A DNA stretch of 64,000 bases from NCBI GenBank assembly GCA_014729135.1, contig WJKK01000001.1, positions 455,599 through 519,598 on the forward strand, written 5' to 3'. The notes under the pieces were generated by a model that made no database searches, was not told the DNA's origin, and saw only the letters and a program-made list of their open reading frames with translations. The translations under genes were made by a program, and so were the position numbers. The DNA is from a candidate division WWE3 bacterium (GTDB lineage Bacteria > Patescibacteriota > WWE3 > UBA101185 > UBA10185). Shown one piece after another: positions 28,245 through 37,300 of this stretch. Positions within the stretch are counted from its first letter, which is position 1. Every line of letters starts with the position of its first letter.

Positions 28245-31139
28245 ATGAGTTTGGAAATGGTTTTTGCAATTTTAATATTTGTTACTTCGTTGATTCTGAT
28301 TGTTTGGGACAAGAAACTTTCTATTTATATTTTGCTGATTCTATCTGTTCTTTTGCATAAAGAGCTTTTTAGCATTTATCGATGGAATCTGCTGCCGGTG
28401 CGAATTTTCATGTTCGCCTTTTTAGTATGGGCGGTTTACGAATTTACAAACTGGCTTTTTTACAATCGCAACTTTAAGGTGCTGTGGAATTACTTAAGAA
28501 AGCCTTTTATTGTGCTTTTAACAAGTATGTGGCTAATTCGCGGAGTCTCCATTATTTTCACTAAAAATCTATTTAGCAGTGTTACGCTTTTTGGCTTTTT
28601 TACTACAATGGTGGCTTTGGGTGTCTTTTTATATTTTCAACTAAAAGATAAGCCCGAGGAGGTTTTGGATTATCTTAAATTTTATATTCATGTGGTTTTT
28701 GCGCTTTGTTTATTTGCCTATTTACAGGCCTTTTTATATTTGCGCTATGAAATTATTATTGGGGCTTTATGGAATATTCCGGGAAAGTTCCCGCGTTTGG
28801 GGGCAATCTTTTGGGATGTAAATCATTTTGGAGGTTTGTTAGCTGCCTTGTTGCCTGTCTTAGGAGTTTTTATTCTTATTGCTAAATCCTGGAAAAAGCG
28901 TATTTGGTATTCATTTATGTTTTTGTCTATGACAGGTGTTTTGTTCTTGACTAACTCGCGCACTTCCTGGATTTTAGGCTTTGTAGCTTTTGTGGTGTTT
29001 TTAGGAATTCTTTTGTTTAGGCGTTTTGGAACAAAAGGTATTTTAGCTATTATGGCTGTTTTGATGTTAATTTCCTCCTTGGTTTTTGCTGAATACATGG
29101 ATAAGGATAGCCCCTTTCGCAAGCGCGTAAAGGATTTTTTCCACTATCGCATTGATTCTTTTGCTTCTCATATGATGCTTTTGGAGGGTTCTTATGAAAT
29201 TTTTGAGGAATATCCTGTTTTAGGTGGTGGTTATGGCGGCTTTTTTGAACACTTCTCTAAGACGGATGTAGCAGCTCGTTATTTCGGGAGGGACCCCGCT
29301 GCTCTTAACACCCGTGTTCCTGCGCATACAATTTGGGGAGAGGCTATTGCAGAAACCGGAGTCTTAGGCCTTGTATCTTTCGTCTTATTTGTAGGGTTGA
29401 TTTTAACTACGCTTTTATATCTTGCTTTAAATGGAGCTTCAACTGATTCGGTTTTAATTTCAGCAGCTATGTTTTCCGCTGTTCTGGGATGGTTGGTAGC
29501 CGGGACTTTTTATTCTTACAACAGTGAATTTTTCTTTATTGTTTTGTTTTTGTACTTCATTTATGCCGTTTCTGTTCTAGGAGAGGATTATGACGTTAAT
29601 CGCATCCTAGGCTTTTTTGGAAAGTTGGGTAAATTGCCTTTTCTTCTAGTGGGTGTCTCAAGCATTGTTTTAATCTTGTTTAGTTTAGGTAAAAACCATC
29701 TTATCCCTTGGGATGAGGCAATTTATGCCGGTATTGCCAAAAACATGGTTAAAAGTGGAGAGTATTTGATTCAGCAATGGCATAATCTTGATGTTTGGTA
29801 CGAGAAACCTCCTTTGTATATGTGGTTAATGGCAGGATTAATGCGTGTTTTTGGATTTTCTTCTTTGGCTGCACGTTTGCCCTCCGCTTTGTTTGGAGTG
29901 GGTATTGTTTTATCGGTGTATGCTTTTGCTAAGAAGTACTTTGGTAAGGTGGTTGGATTTTTTGCCTCTTTGGTGCTTTTAACAACTGTTCACTTTTTGT
30001 ATTACTCTCGCGCAGCAATGCTGGATGTTACTACGACTTTTTTTATTTCTGTTTCTCTGTTTTTATATTTTTCTGCTCGGAGTCGCTTGCTTTCTGTCGA
30101 AGGTTTAAAAGGCTTGTTAAAAGACATGGGCACTGTTTCGAGCTCTGACAAAAAGCTTAAAGCGCAATTTCCTTTCCGCTGGATTTTTTCCGGAGCTTTT
30201 GTAGGTTTAGCAGTTATGACCAAGGGAGTTGTGGGCTTTCTACCCCTGCCCGTTATGGCGTTGTATGAGCTTTACCTGTTAATTACTAAGCAATCCAATT
30301 TAAGTTGGAAACTTGTTTCTCGTTATGCATTCTTATTTGTAGCTGCTTGCCTAGTATTTTTACCCTGGCATGTTTACATGTATTTCCGCTTTGGCCCCGC
30401 CTTTATACAAAATTACATCGGTTATCACGTTTTAGATCGGGCTATGACCGCTATAGAGGATAAGGGGCGTCCTTTTTGGTGGTATACGGTCGTTTTAAAG
30501 GTAAGTATGCGCATCTGGTTTTTAGTGCTTATTCCGGCTTTGGTTTTTGCTGTTGTACGTGTTTTTAGACGTGATAACCGCATTGTATTTTTAAGCCTCT
30601 GGGCAGTTTTTGTATTTTTGTTTTTCTCTGCAGCCAAATCCAAATTGATCTGGTACATTATGCCTTTGTATCCTGCTTTGGCTTTATTAATTGGAGCCTT
30701 TGTTAAGCAGGCCTTAGATTTTATTTTTTCATTTTCCTTAAAACTTGATACTCCTTTGAATAGATTTCTGGTTTACTTTTTTATTGCTGTAGGAGCTGTT
30801 TTTTACCTGTTTTTAAATAAGGAATTGGTTTATACTTCTGACTTAACAGAGGAGCAGGCGCGTTTGCTGATGTTAAAGGATGAGGTTTATGGAGTGGATG
30901 CTAAGGTTTATGCAGATCGTATAGAGCTGCCTTTAGTTTTGTATTATACGGAGGGTCCCTTTGAGATTGTTGATTTTGGGCCTTTAAAGAGGACTCTAGA
31001 AAGTGCTCCTCTGAATGTAGAGATAGTTTTTATTACCAAGGAGAGTCGTTTTCGCGCTTTTAAAGAGATTCATCCATCTTTAAGGCTGGATATGCAAATT
31101 AACGAATGGGTTTTAGGTTCTCTTCCCGCTAGTCGCTAA
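28245..31139 (+). CDS. fusion of an O-antigen-ligase/O-OTase-like (Wzy_C) domain and an ArnT/PMT_2 GT-C domain
   Basis: N-half has DVNHFG, TNSRTSW, GGGYGGF and PAHTIWGEAIAETGVLG. C-half has PWDEAIYA, EKPPLY, ARLPSA, MTKG and KLIWYIMP. Confidence 0.8.
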   Translation: MSLEMVFAILIFVTSLILIVWDKKLSIYILLILSVLLHKELFSIYRWNLLPVRIFMFAFLVWAVYEFTNWLFYNRNFKVLWNYLRKPFIVLLTSMWLIRGVSIIFTKNLFSSVTLFGFFTTMVALGVFLYFQLKDKPEEVLDYLKFYIHVVFALCLFAYLQAFLYLRYEIIIGALWNIPGKFPRLGAIFWDVNHFGGLLAALLPVLGVFILIAKSWKKRIWYSFMFLSMTGVLFLTNSRTSWILGFVAFVVFLGILLFRRFGTKGILAIMAVLMLISSLVFAEYMDKDSPFRKRVKDFFHYRIDSFASHMMLLEGSYEIFEEYPVLGGGYGGFFEHFSKTDVAARYFGRDPAALNTRVPAHTIWGEAIAETGVLGLVSFVLFVGLILTTLLYLALNGASTDSVLISAAMFSAVLGWLVAGTFYSYNSEFFFIVLFLYFIYAVSVLGEDYDVNRILGFFGKLGKLPFLLVGVSSIVLILFSLGKNHLIPWDEAIYAGIAKNMVKSGEYLIQQWHNLDVWYEKPPLYMWLMAGLMRVFGFSSLAARLPSALFGVGIVLSVYAFAKKYFGKVVGFFASLVLLTTVHFLYYSRAAMLDVTTTFFISVSLFLYFSARSRLLSVEGLKGLLKDMGTVSSSDKKLKAQFPFRWIFSGAFVGLAVMTKGVVGFLPLPVMALYELYLLITKQSNLSWKLVSRYAFLFVAACLVFLPWHVYMYFRFGPAFIQNYIGYHVLDRAMTAIEDKGRPFWWYTVVLKVSMRIWFLVLIPALVFAVVRVFRRDNRIVFLSLWAVFVFLFFSAAKSKLIWYIMPLYPALALLIGAFVKQALDFIFSFSLKLDTPLNRFLVYFFIAVGAVFYLFLNKELVYTSDLTEEQARLLMLKDEVYGVDAKVYADRIELPLVLYYTEGPFEIVDFGPLKRTLESAPLNVEIVFITKESRFRAFKEIHPSLRLDMQINEWVLGSLPASR

Positions 31140-31165
31140 CACTTAAGGATGATCCTTCATCCTTT

Positions 31166-31275
31166 CTTTCAGAACATTATCACTAAGCTCAAACCGTACT
31201 TTTTAGCAAGGATTATCTTTGTGTCCGAAGGCACTCATCCTTGTTATCGTGGGTTTTGCTGAGGTTGTTTGAAGG
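31166..31275 (+). repeat. nested-hairpin element E3 between convergent genes
   Basis: CGTACTTTT-[TAGCAAGGAT..GTGTC-CGAA-GGCAC..ATCCTTGTTA]-TCGTGGG inside further stems. G.T pairs favour the plus strand. Confidence 0.65.
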
Positions 31276-31276
31276 A

Positions 31277-32488
31277 TTATCCTTGGATTTTTGGAAGGGT
31301 TTTTAAGGGAGATTCGTTTTTAGCAAATATAAACACAGCTGTTCCCAGGACAGCAACAATTGAGGCTAAAAGCTGTGCCAAAGCCAGCCCTCTTAATTGC
31401 ATTCCAGGTACCAGAAGTAACACACTTAAAATAAAGGTTCCCAGTTTTAACCCGTTAATCGCCAAAATTTTTCCCGTACTTTCCTCAATAAAAAAATAGT
31501 TTTCCATAAAGGAGGCTACAGCTGCTAAAGCTCCTGCAAAAACCAGAATATTTAAAAGATCCAAAGACGCCTCAAATTGGGGTCCAAAAAAATTCGCAAT
31601 AACAAATTTTGACCCAATAACTCCTAAAACGCCCATAACTAAAAGCAGCATGGCAAGTAACGCTGCCTCATCAAAACTATACTTAAGCTCTTGCTTTTTA
31701 CGCTTTGCATTTTTAGGAAGTAGAACCGAAAAGATTGAAAGTGACAGCAAAGCAAAAACTACCGAAACCTTGTTAGCCAATGCAAAAACTCCCACATCTG
31801 AAAACCCCTGAATTATTTTAGCTATAGCATTTGAAAGAGGTGACCATATTTCCGTAATTGTTTGCGACACTCCCGCAGGCCATGCCTCCAGTAAAAGTTT
31901 CCACGTAGATTTATCAATTTTTAGATTTAATTTTTTCAAGGGATTGTCTTTAAGGACAAGCAAAGCGCCTCCAAAAATAGAAAGCCCAAAAATTGCTGTT
32001 GTTAAAGGAACTGTTGGATTTACAATTCCAAAATAAAACAAGGGAGCTGCTAAGGCTTTTATTAAAGCGGGAAGTGTATACAAGAGAACAAGATAAGTGT
32101 ATTTTTCTTCCTTTTGGTAGAAGGCATATAAGGTGTAGTTAAGCGCATAAGCTAGGACACTTCCCAAGAAGATTAGTATTAAAGCCATGGTTGCCAGTTC
32201 AAGAACGTGCAAGGCGGTAACTCCCAAAATGATTGCCCCTATAAAAAGGGGGATTTTGGCAGGAACAAAGGCTTTCTTTTTAGACGGGTTTAGAATGGAG
32301 CCGGCAACAAAAGTGGAGTTGGTTCCAAAGTCGGTTAAGCGCCCTATGACAACGGTTAAGCTAATAAAAAGTGAGTATTTTCCAAAGTCTTCAACCGGAA
32401 GTGAGTTGGCAACTGCCCAAAGATAAATGAAACCGAGAAGGGCGTTAAACATGTTGCCTACAGCAACAAAGGATATCTTTTTTAACAT
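31277..32488 (-). CDS. Wzx-like oligosaccharide flippase
   Basis: About 12 TMs; FGKYSLF, DFG, VGVFALA and LLPK patterns. Confidence 0.85.
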   Translation of the reverse strand: MLKKISFVAVGNMFNALLGFIYLWAVANSLPVEDFGKYSLFISLTVVIGRLTDFGTNSTFVAGSILNPSKKKAFVPAKIPLFIGAIILGVTALHVLELATMALILIFLGSVLAYALNYTLYAFYQKEEKYTYLVLLYTLPALIKALAAPLFYFGIVNPTVPLTTAIFGLSIFGGALLVLKDNPLKKLNLKIDKSTWKLLLEAWPAGVSQTITEIWSPLSNAIAKIIQGFSDVGVFALANKVSVVFALLSLSIFSVLLPKNAKRKKQELKYSFDEAALLAMLLLVMGVLGVIGSKFVIANFFGPQFEASLDLLNILVFAGALAAVASFMENYFFIEESTGKILAINGLKLGTFILSVLLLVPGMQLRGLALAQLLASIVAVLGTAVFIFAKNESPLKTLPKIQG

Positions 32489-32556
32489 GTGCTCATCTTA
32501 ACACACTGCTCTTGTGTAAGTTGCTTTTTGTTTCGGCGTAACTGTAAGATTAGATC

Positions 32557-33744
32557 ATGTCCAGAGATACTTCCTCGCTACCTTCTAAAAATTCTCCAAA
32601 ACACCTTCGAGATTTAAAAATAGCACTTGTTTTTGATGATTTAATTCAACAGGGAGGTGCGGAAAAGCTCCTTTTAGCTGTGCATGAAATGTGGCCAAAG
32701 GCTCCTGTTTTTACTTCGCTAGCTTCCAAAGAGTGGCAGGAAAAATGCCGCCAAAAAAACATCTCACTTAAAACCTCCTTTATGCAGGAACTGCCCTTTA
32801 AAAAACAACTTAATCGTTTTTATTCTATTTTAGGTTTGCACATGGTTGCTTTTGAGAGTTTTGATCTTTCCAATTATGATGTGATCCTTTCAATTTCCTC
32901 ACGATATGCTCATGGAATTATTACATCTCCAAATACAAAACATATTTGTTACATGAATTCCCCCTCGCGTCAGTTTTGGCAGTCTCGGGAATATTTCAGC
33001 CAAGAAGGTACTCTTATTAAAAAGTTACAGGGTCTTTTATTACCTTTTTTAAATCATGCACGCCTTTGGGATTACACCGCAGCCCAAAGAGTGGATTATT
33101 TCATTGCTAACTCTCCAATACCACATGCACGAATTAAGAAGCTTTACAAAACAGAGTCCGAAATAGTCTTTCCTTTTTTTGATCCTCCCATGGGTATGGA
33201 TGCTCTATCAAATTTAAGCGCGTCAAAAAACAAAGACGACTACTTTCTAGTGCTAACACGCCTTTCAGCATGGAAACGAGTCGATGTAGCAATTAAAGCC
33301 TGCGGTGCTCTAAAGCACTCCCTGAGAATAATAGGGGAAGGTCCTGCAGAAAAGAAACTTCAGAAACTTGGCTCTACATATGAAAATATTGAATTTCTTG
33401 GCTACGTCTCCGAAAAAGGAAAATGGAAACTTTTAAGAAACTGCAAAGCTTTAATAATGACCCAAAAAGAAGACTTTGGAATAACCGCATTAGAAGCAAT
33501 GTATGCGGGCAAACCTGTTATAGCTTATAAAAAAGGAGGGGCTCAAAGCACAGTTCTTCCCCAAAAAACAGGCGAATTCTTTTCGCAACAAACACCTCAA
33601 TCCCTTAGAGAAGTTCTCCAAAAATTTAACCCTCAAGCCTATAAGTCTCAAGACTGTAAAGATCAAGCAAATCGCTTTACAAAAGACAAATTCCAAGAAT
33701 CCCTCCAAGAAGCCGTAAATAAGGTATACTTTAATTTACTATGA
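32557..33744 (+). CDS. GT4 glycosyltransferase (mannosyltransferase-like)
   Basis: GGAEK, RLSAWKRVD and EDFGITALEAMYAGKPVIA. Confidence 0.92.
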   Translation: MSRDTSSLPSKNSPKHLRDLKIALVFDDLIQQGGAEKLLLAVHEMWPKAPVFTSLASKEWQEKCRQKNISLKTSFMQELPFKKQLNRFYSILGLHMVAFESFDLSNYDVILSISSRYAHGIITSPNTKHICYMNSPSRQFWQSREYFSQEGTLIKKLQGLLLPFLNHARLWDYTAAQRVDYFIANSPIPHARIKKLYKTESEIVFPFFDPPMGMDALSNLSASKNKDDYFLVLTRLSAWKRVDVAIKACGALKHSLRIIGEGPAEKKLQKLGSTYENIEFLGYVSEKGKWKLLRNCKALIMTQKEDFGITALEAMYAGKPVIAYKKGGAQSTVLPQKTGEFFSQQTPQSLREVLQKFNPQAYKSQDCKDQANRFTKDKFQESLQEAVNKVYFNLL

Positions 33745-34382
33745 AATTTTACGACGTGGGTAAACGACTCATGGATTTGATAGGCTCAATTATTGCACTC
33801 ATTCTTTTTTGGCCAATTATGGTCATTACGGCAATTCATATAAAGCGTGTCTCTAAGGATGGCCCGGTTTTAGCCGATATTCCCAAGCGCCAAGGCAAGG
33901 ATGGCAAAAAATTCACCTTTTATAAATTTCGCTCCATGATTCCCAATGCAACGCAATGGCTTTATGATCATCCGGAGTTTCACGAAAAGTATAAAAACAA
34001 TAACTACAAAATAGCAGCTGAGGAAGATCCGCGAATAATTAAAGGGGGGATTTTTATGCGTAAATACAGCATCGATGAGCTTCCTCAATTTTTAAATGTG
34101 CTTAAAGGGGATATGAGTATAGTTGGTCCGCGTGCTTATTATCCGTACGAAATAAAGGAGCAGTTGGAAAAGCATCCCGAGGCTAGACAACACGTAGAAG
34201 CTTTAGCAACAGTGAAGCCGGGAATTACAGGTCCTTGGCAAGTAAGCGGTCGTTCAGAAATTGGTTTTATGGAGCGTGTTAAAATGGACGCTGAATATGC
34301 AAAAAAGCGTTCACTATTGTATGATTTAGGGGTGATCTTAAAAACGCCCTACGTAGTTATTACAAAGAAAGGAGCTGAGTAA
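33741..34382 (+). CDS. initiating polyprenyl-phosphate sugar-1-P transferase (WcaJ/WbaP C-terminal, PglC-like)
   Basis: KRLMD, YKFRSM, IDELPQFLNVLKGDMSIVGPR and KPGITGPWQVSGR. Confidence 0.95.
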   Translation: MKFYDVGKRLMDLIGSIIALILFWPIMVITAIHIKRVSKDGPVLADIPKRQGKDGKKFTFYKFRSMIPNATQWLYDHPEFHEKYKNNNYKIAAEEDPRIIKGGIFMRKYSIDELPQFLNVLKGDMSIVGPRAYYPYEIKEQLEKHPEARQHVEALATVKPGITGPWQVSGRSEIGFMERVKMDAEYAKKRSLLYDLGVILKTPYVVITKKGAE

Positions 34383-34391
34383 TCAGTAATC

Positions 34392-36488
34392 ATGGCAGCA
34401 ACTAAATTTTGGAATCCCGGTAAAGGTAATAAGTTAGGACAGAAGTTTTCAGGAAAGGATCGTAAGCGTCAAAAGGCTGAGGGTCTTAAGGATTTATCGG
34501 CGGATGCTTCTACTGAGGCTTCCGGTGACGCAGGTGCTTCTTCGGTTAAGCCTGCGAAAGGTTTTAAAAATATGAAAAAAGGTAAATTTAGTGGAGCAAA
34601 GAATATGAAAAAGGTTAAAAATGGTAAAAAGGTAGGTAAAGCTGCCTTAAAACTTTCAGGTGGAGTAGTGGTTTTGTTGGCAGTTGTGGCACTGGCAGGT
34701 TACTTTTTTGTGGTGCGGCCTGCTACTAAGGTTTTGGCAAAGACTGCTGCGTTAAAGCGAGATGCACAGTTAATTAGCGAAGGCTTTGTTGGGCGGGATT
34801 TGGTTCAAGTGTCCGAGGGTTTAGATAAGATGGAAAATGATATGCACGAACTTGAGAAGGCGCGTGATGAGAATTTAGGTTGGCTTTCTAAGTTTGGTCC
34901 TACTAAGCCTTATTATCAAGACTCTGAAAGTTTCTTTAAAGCGGGGGAGCATTTAATTGCAGCCGGTAGAGAGGCTGTTGTTTTGTCAGAGCCTTTTGCG
35001 GATGCTGTTGGTTTACGCGTTTCTTCTGATGAGGAAGTAGTAGAGCAAAGTTTAATGGATGCTTTTTCCAGCTGGGTTTCGGTTATGCCTAAAATTGCCG
35101 AAGACTCCGATGAGATTATTAGCCAGCTTTCCATGGCCGGTGAGGCGTTAGAACGGGTGGATCCTTCGCGCTATCCTAAAGAGATTCGCGGTATGGAAAT
35201 TCGTTCTAATATTAAGCGTGGGCAATCGGTTTTAACTCAGCTAAATGAAGCTGCTCCCGATGTTAAGAAGGCTTTAACTTTAATTCCGGTTTTGCTAGGT
35301 ACGGAAGGCGAGGAAATCCGTTATATGATTATTATGCAAAACGATAAGGAAATTCGCCCTACAGGAGGTTTCTGGACTAACTATGCTACTTTTAAAGTTA
35401 AAAATGCCCTTTTAACTTCTGATTTTACTTCTAAGGATATGTACAGCATTGACTTGGCCTTAGAATCCATTGACTCCTATTATGACTTTCCCGATGCTCC
35501 TGCGCCTTACACAAAATATCTAAAAGTAGAGCATCTGTTTGCTCGTGACACTAACACCTCCCCCGATTATCCCACCTCTATAGCAAATTTTATGGAGTTT
35601 TATGACATGGGTATGAAGGTAGTTCCTTCTGAAATCAAGCCGGTAAGTGGTGTTTTTGCTATTGATACAAATGTTTTGGCTGAAATTATGGAGATTACCG
35701 GACCTGTTACTGTGAATGGGGTTACTTATGATTCAGACAATGTAGTTTTGGAGCTAGAGAGAATTGCTAGTTTAACTTTAGCCCAGCAGTCCGGTCGTAA
35801 GCGTGTTTTGGGATATTTAATGGAGGCTATGCTTATTAACCTTTTTGAATCTGATAAGAATCTTTGGCCAAAGCTAATTGAAAAAGGTGTGGATTTAGCT
35901 GTTAGAAAGCATGTTTTGGTTTACTTGGATGATTCCGAGGCGCAGGCTTTAGTAGAAAAGTACAATTTGGGAGGCACTATTCGTGAAGATGTTGAAGGGG
36001 ATTATGCCTATGTTGTGCAGACTAATTTGGGAGGGGATAAGACTAACTGGTTTGTTGAGAAAGATGTAACCCACAATTTGAGTCAAGAGGGTAATCGTTG
36101 GGTTAAGACGGTTTCTGTGACCTATTCTTATCCGGAGCCTTCCGGTGAGTATGCTGCTTTTGTTAAGCGTTTTGCGGATTGGACTCGTTTGTATGTTCCT
36201 TCAGGGAGTGAGTTGATTGCTAAAGAAGGCTTTGAGGATGAGTTTGGAGGAGGTTCTGAAAGCGGTAAGGATTACTTTGATGGTTATTTAACGCTTGGTC
36301 CGGGAGAAACAAAGACGGTGACTTTTAAGTATTATCTTCCGGAGGGTGTGATAGTTGAAGGTGCCCCTTATAAGTTTTTGATTCAGAAGCAGCCGGGAAT
36401 TGTTAGCGAAGATCATTTTATTGAGATTGGCGGAGAGACTACGGAGGTTGAGTTGACGAAGGATTTTGAGTTTACAAAAGTTCTCTAA
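34392..36488 (+). CDS. DUF4012-type membrane-anchored protein
   Basis: Single TM, helical stalk, YMIIMQNDKEIRPTGGF, RDTNTSPDYPTS and IQKQPG. Confidence 0.8.
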   Translation: MAATKFWNPGKGNKLGQKFSGKDRKRQKAEGLKDLSADASTEASGDAGASSVKPAKGFKNMKKGKFSGAKNMKKVKNGKKVGKAALKLSGGVVVLLAVVALAGYFFVVRPATKVLAKTAALKRDAQLISEGFVGRDLVQVSEGLDKMENDMHELEKARDENLGWLSKFGPTKPYYQDSESFFKAGEHLIAAGREAVVLSEPFADAVGLRVSSDEEVVEQSLMDAFSSWVSVMPKIAEDSDEIISQLSMAGEALERVDPSRYPKEIRGMEIRSNIKRGQSVLTQLNEAAPDVKKALTLIPVLLGTEGEEIRYMIIMQNDKEIRPTGGFWTNYATFKVKNALLTSDFTSKDMYSIDLALESIDSYYDFPDAPAPYTKYLKVEHLFARDTNTSPDYPTSIANFMEFYDMGMKVVPSEIKPVSGVFAIDTNVLAEIMEITGPVTVNGVTYDSDNVVLELERIASLTLAQQSGRKRVLGYLMEAMLINLFESDKNLWPKLIEKGVDLAVRKHVLVYLDDSEAQALVEKYNLGGTIREDVEGDYAYVVQTNLGGDKTNWFVEKDVTHNLSQEGNRWVKTVSVTYSYPEPSGEYAAFVKRFADWTRLYVPSGSELIAKEGFEDEFGGGSESGKDYFDGYLTLGPGETKTVTFKYYLPEGVIVEGAPYKFLIQKQPGIVSEDHFIEIGGETTEVELTKDFEFTKVL

Positions 36489-36547
36489 CTTTTTCAGGTT
36501 TTGTTAGGTTCAGAAGCAGTTTACCTCAATAATCTATAATAAGGGAA

Positions 36548-37258
36548 ATGGCCTACCAAGACAGACGTTGCTTTGTACTCAAATCCGTTAACTACAAAGA
36601 CGCCGACAAAATATTTACACTTTATTCCGATAAAGACGGTAGAATTAGTGCCTCAGCTAGAGGTGTTCGCAAAATCAGTTCCAAAAGAGCCGGCAGCCTA
36701 GACCGTTTAAATCTTGTTAAATTAAGCTACTATCAAGGCGCCTCCGGATACAAAACTATAACTGAAGTTACAGGAGTTTTCTCTTTTCGCCATCTCAAAT
36801 CGAATCCTGATAAAGTTAAAATTTCATATCAAATTATAGAAGTCTTGTTGAAAACTTTAGAAGAAGATGCTCCCGATAGGCGTTTATTTAACCTTTTAGA
36901 GCGTACTTTTTTGCTGTTGGATACTGATGCGGTTTATGCGCAGGCAGTTTTAGGTTATTTTTTGCTTAATTTTATGGAAATTTTGGGCTATAAACTTTCT
37001 TTAGCGGGTTGTGTTTTATGTGGTCATCGCCTATCTAAGGAGTGGGGAAGTGCTGCTTTTAATTACGATAAAGGGGGTTTAGTTTGTTCCAATTGCAAGA
37101 CGTTTGAACCTGCTTTGGAGTTGAAGTCAGCTGCTTTAATGGCTAAGTTAAAGGATTTAGCTGAAGTAGATTTCAGGTTTTTTCAAAAGGAGACGGTTTA
37201 TTTGCACAGTTTAATGGATGTTTTGCATCAGTATGTTCGTTTTAAGCTGGAAGGGTAG
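36548..37258 (+). CDS. recO: DNA repair protein RecO
   Basis: YKDADKIFTL, ARGVRK and zinc finger CVLC..CSNC. Confidence 0.93.
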   Translation: MAYQDRRCFVLKSVNYKDADKIFTLYSDKDGRISASARGVRKISSKRAGSLDRLNLVKLSYYQGASGYKTITEVTGVFSFRHLKSNPDKVKISYQIIEVLLKTLEEDAPDRRLFNLLERTFLLLDTDAVYAQAVLGYFLLNFMEILGYKLSLAGCVLCGHRLSKEWGSAAFNYDKGGLVCSNCKTFEPALELKSAALMAKLKDLAEVDFRFFQKETVYLHSLMDVLHQYVRFKLEG

Positions 37259-37300
37259 GGGTTAAACTCTCTCCCTAAAACCATGTGATATACTGTTTCC

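Noticed and set aside
30080-30170. Loop insertion in the ArnT-like domain with weak inverted repeat
   Set aside because: Pairing is short and gapped, and the family core is absent.
33175-33230. TTTTTTGA..TCAAAAAA around a loop in GT4
   Set aside because: Low-complexity match expected by chance in AT-rich DNA.
34565-34640. KNMKK duplication in the DUF4012 N-terminus
   Set aside because: Two short copies in a low-complexity lysine-rich tail.
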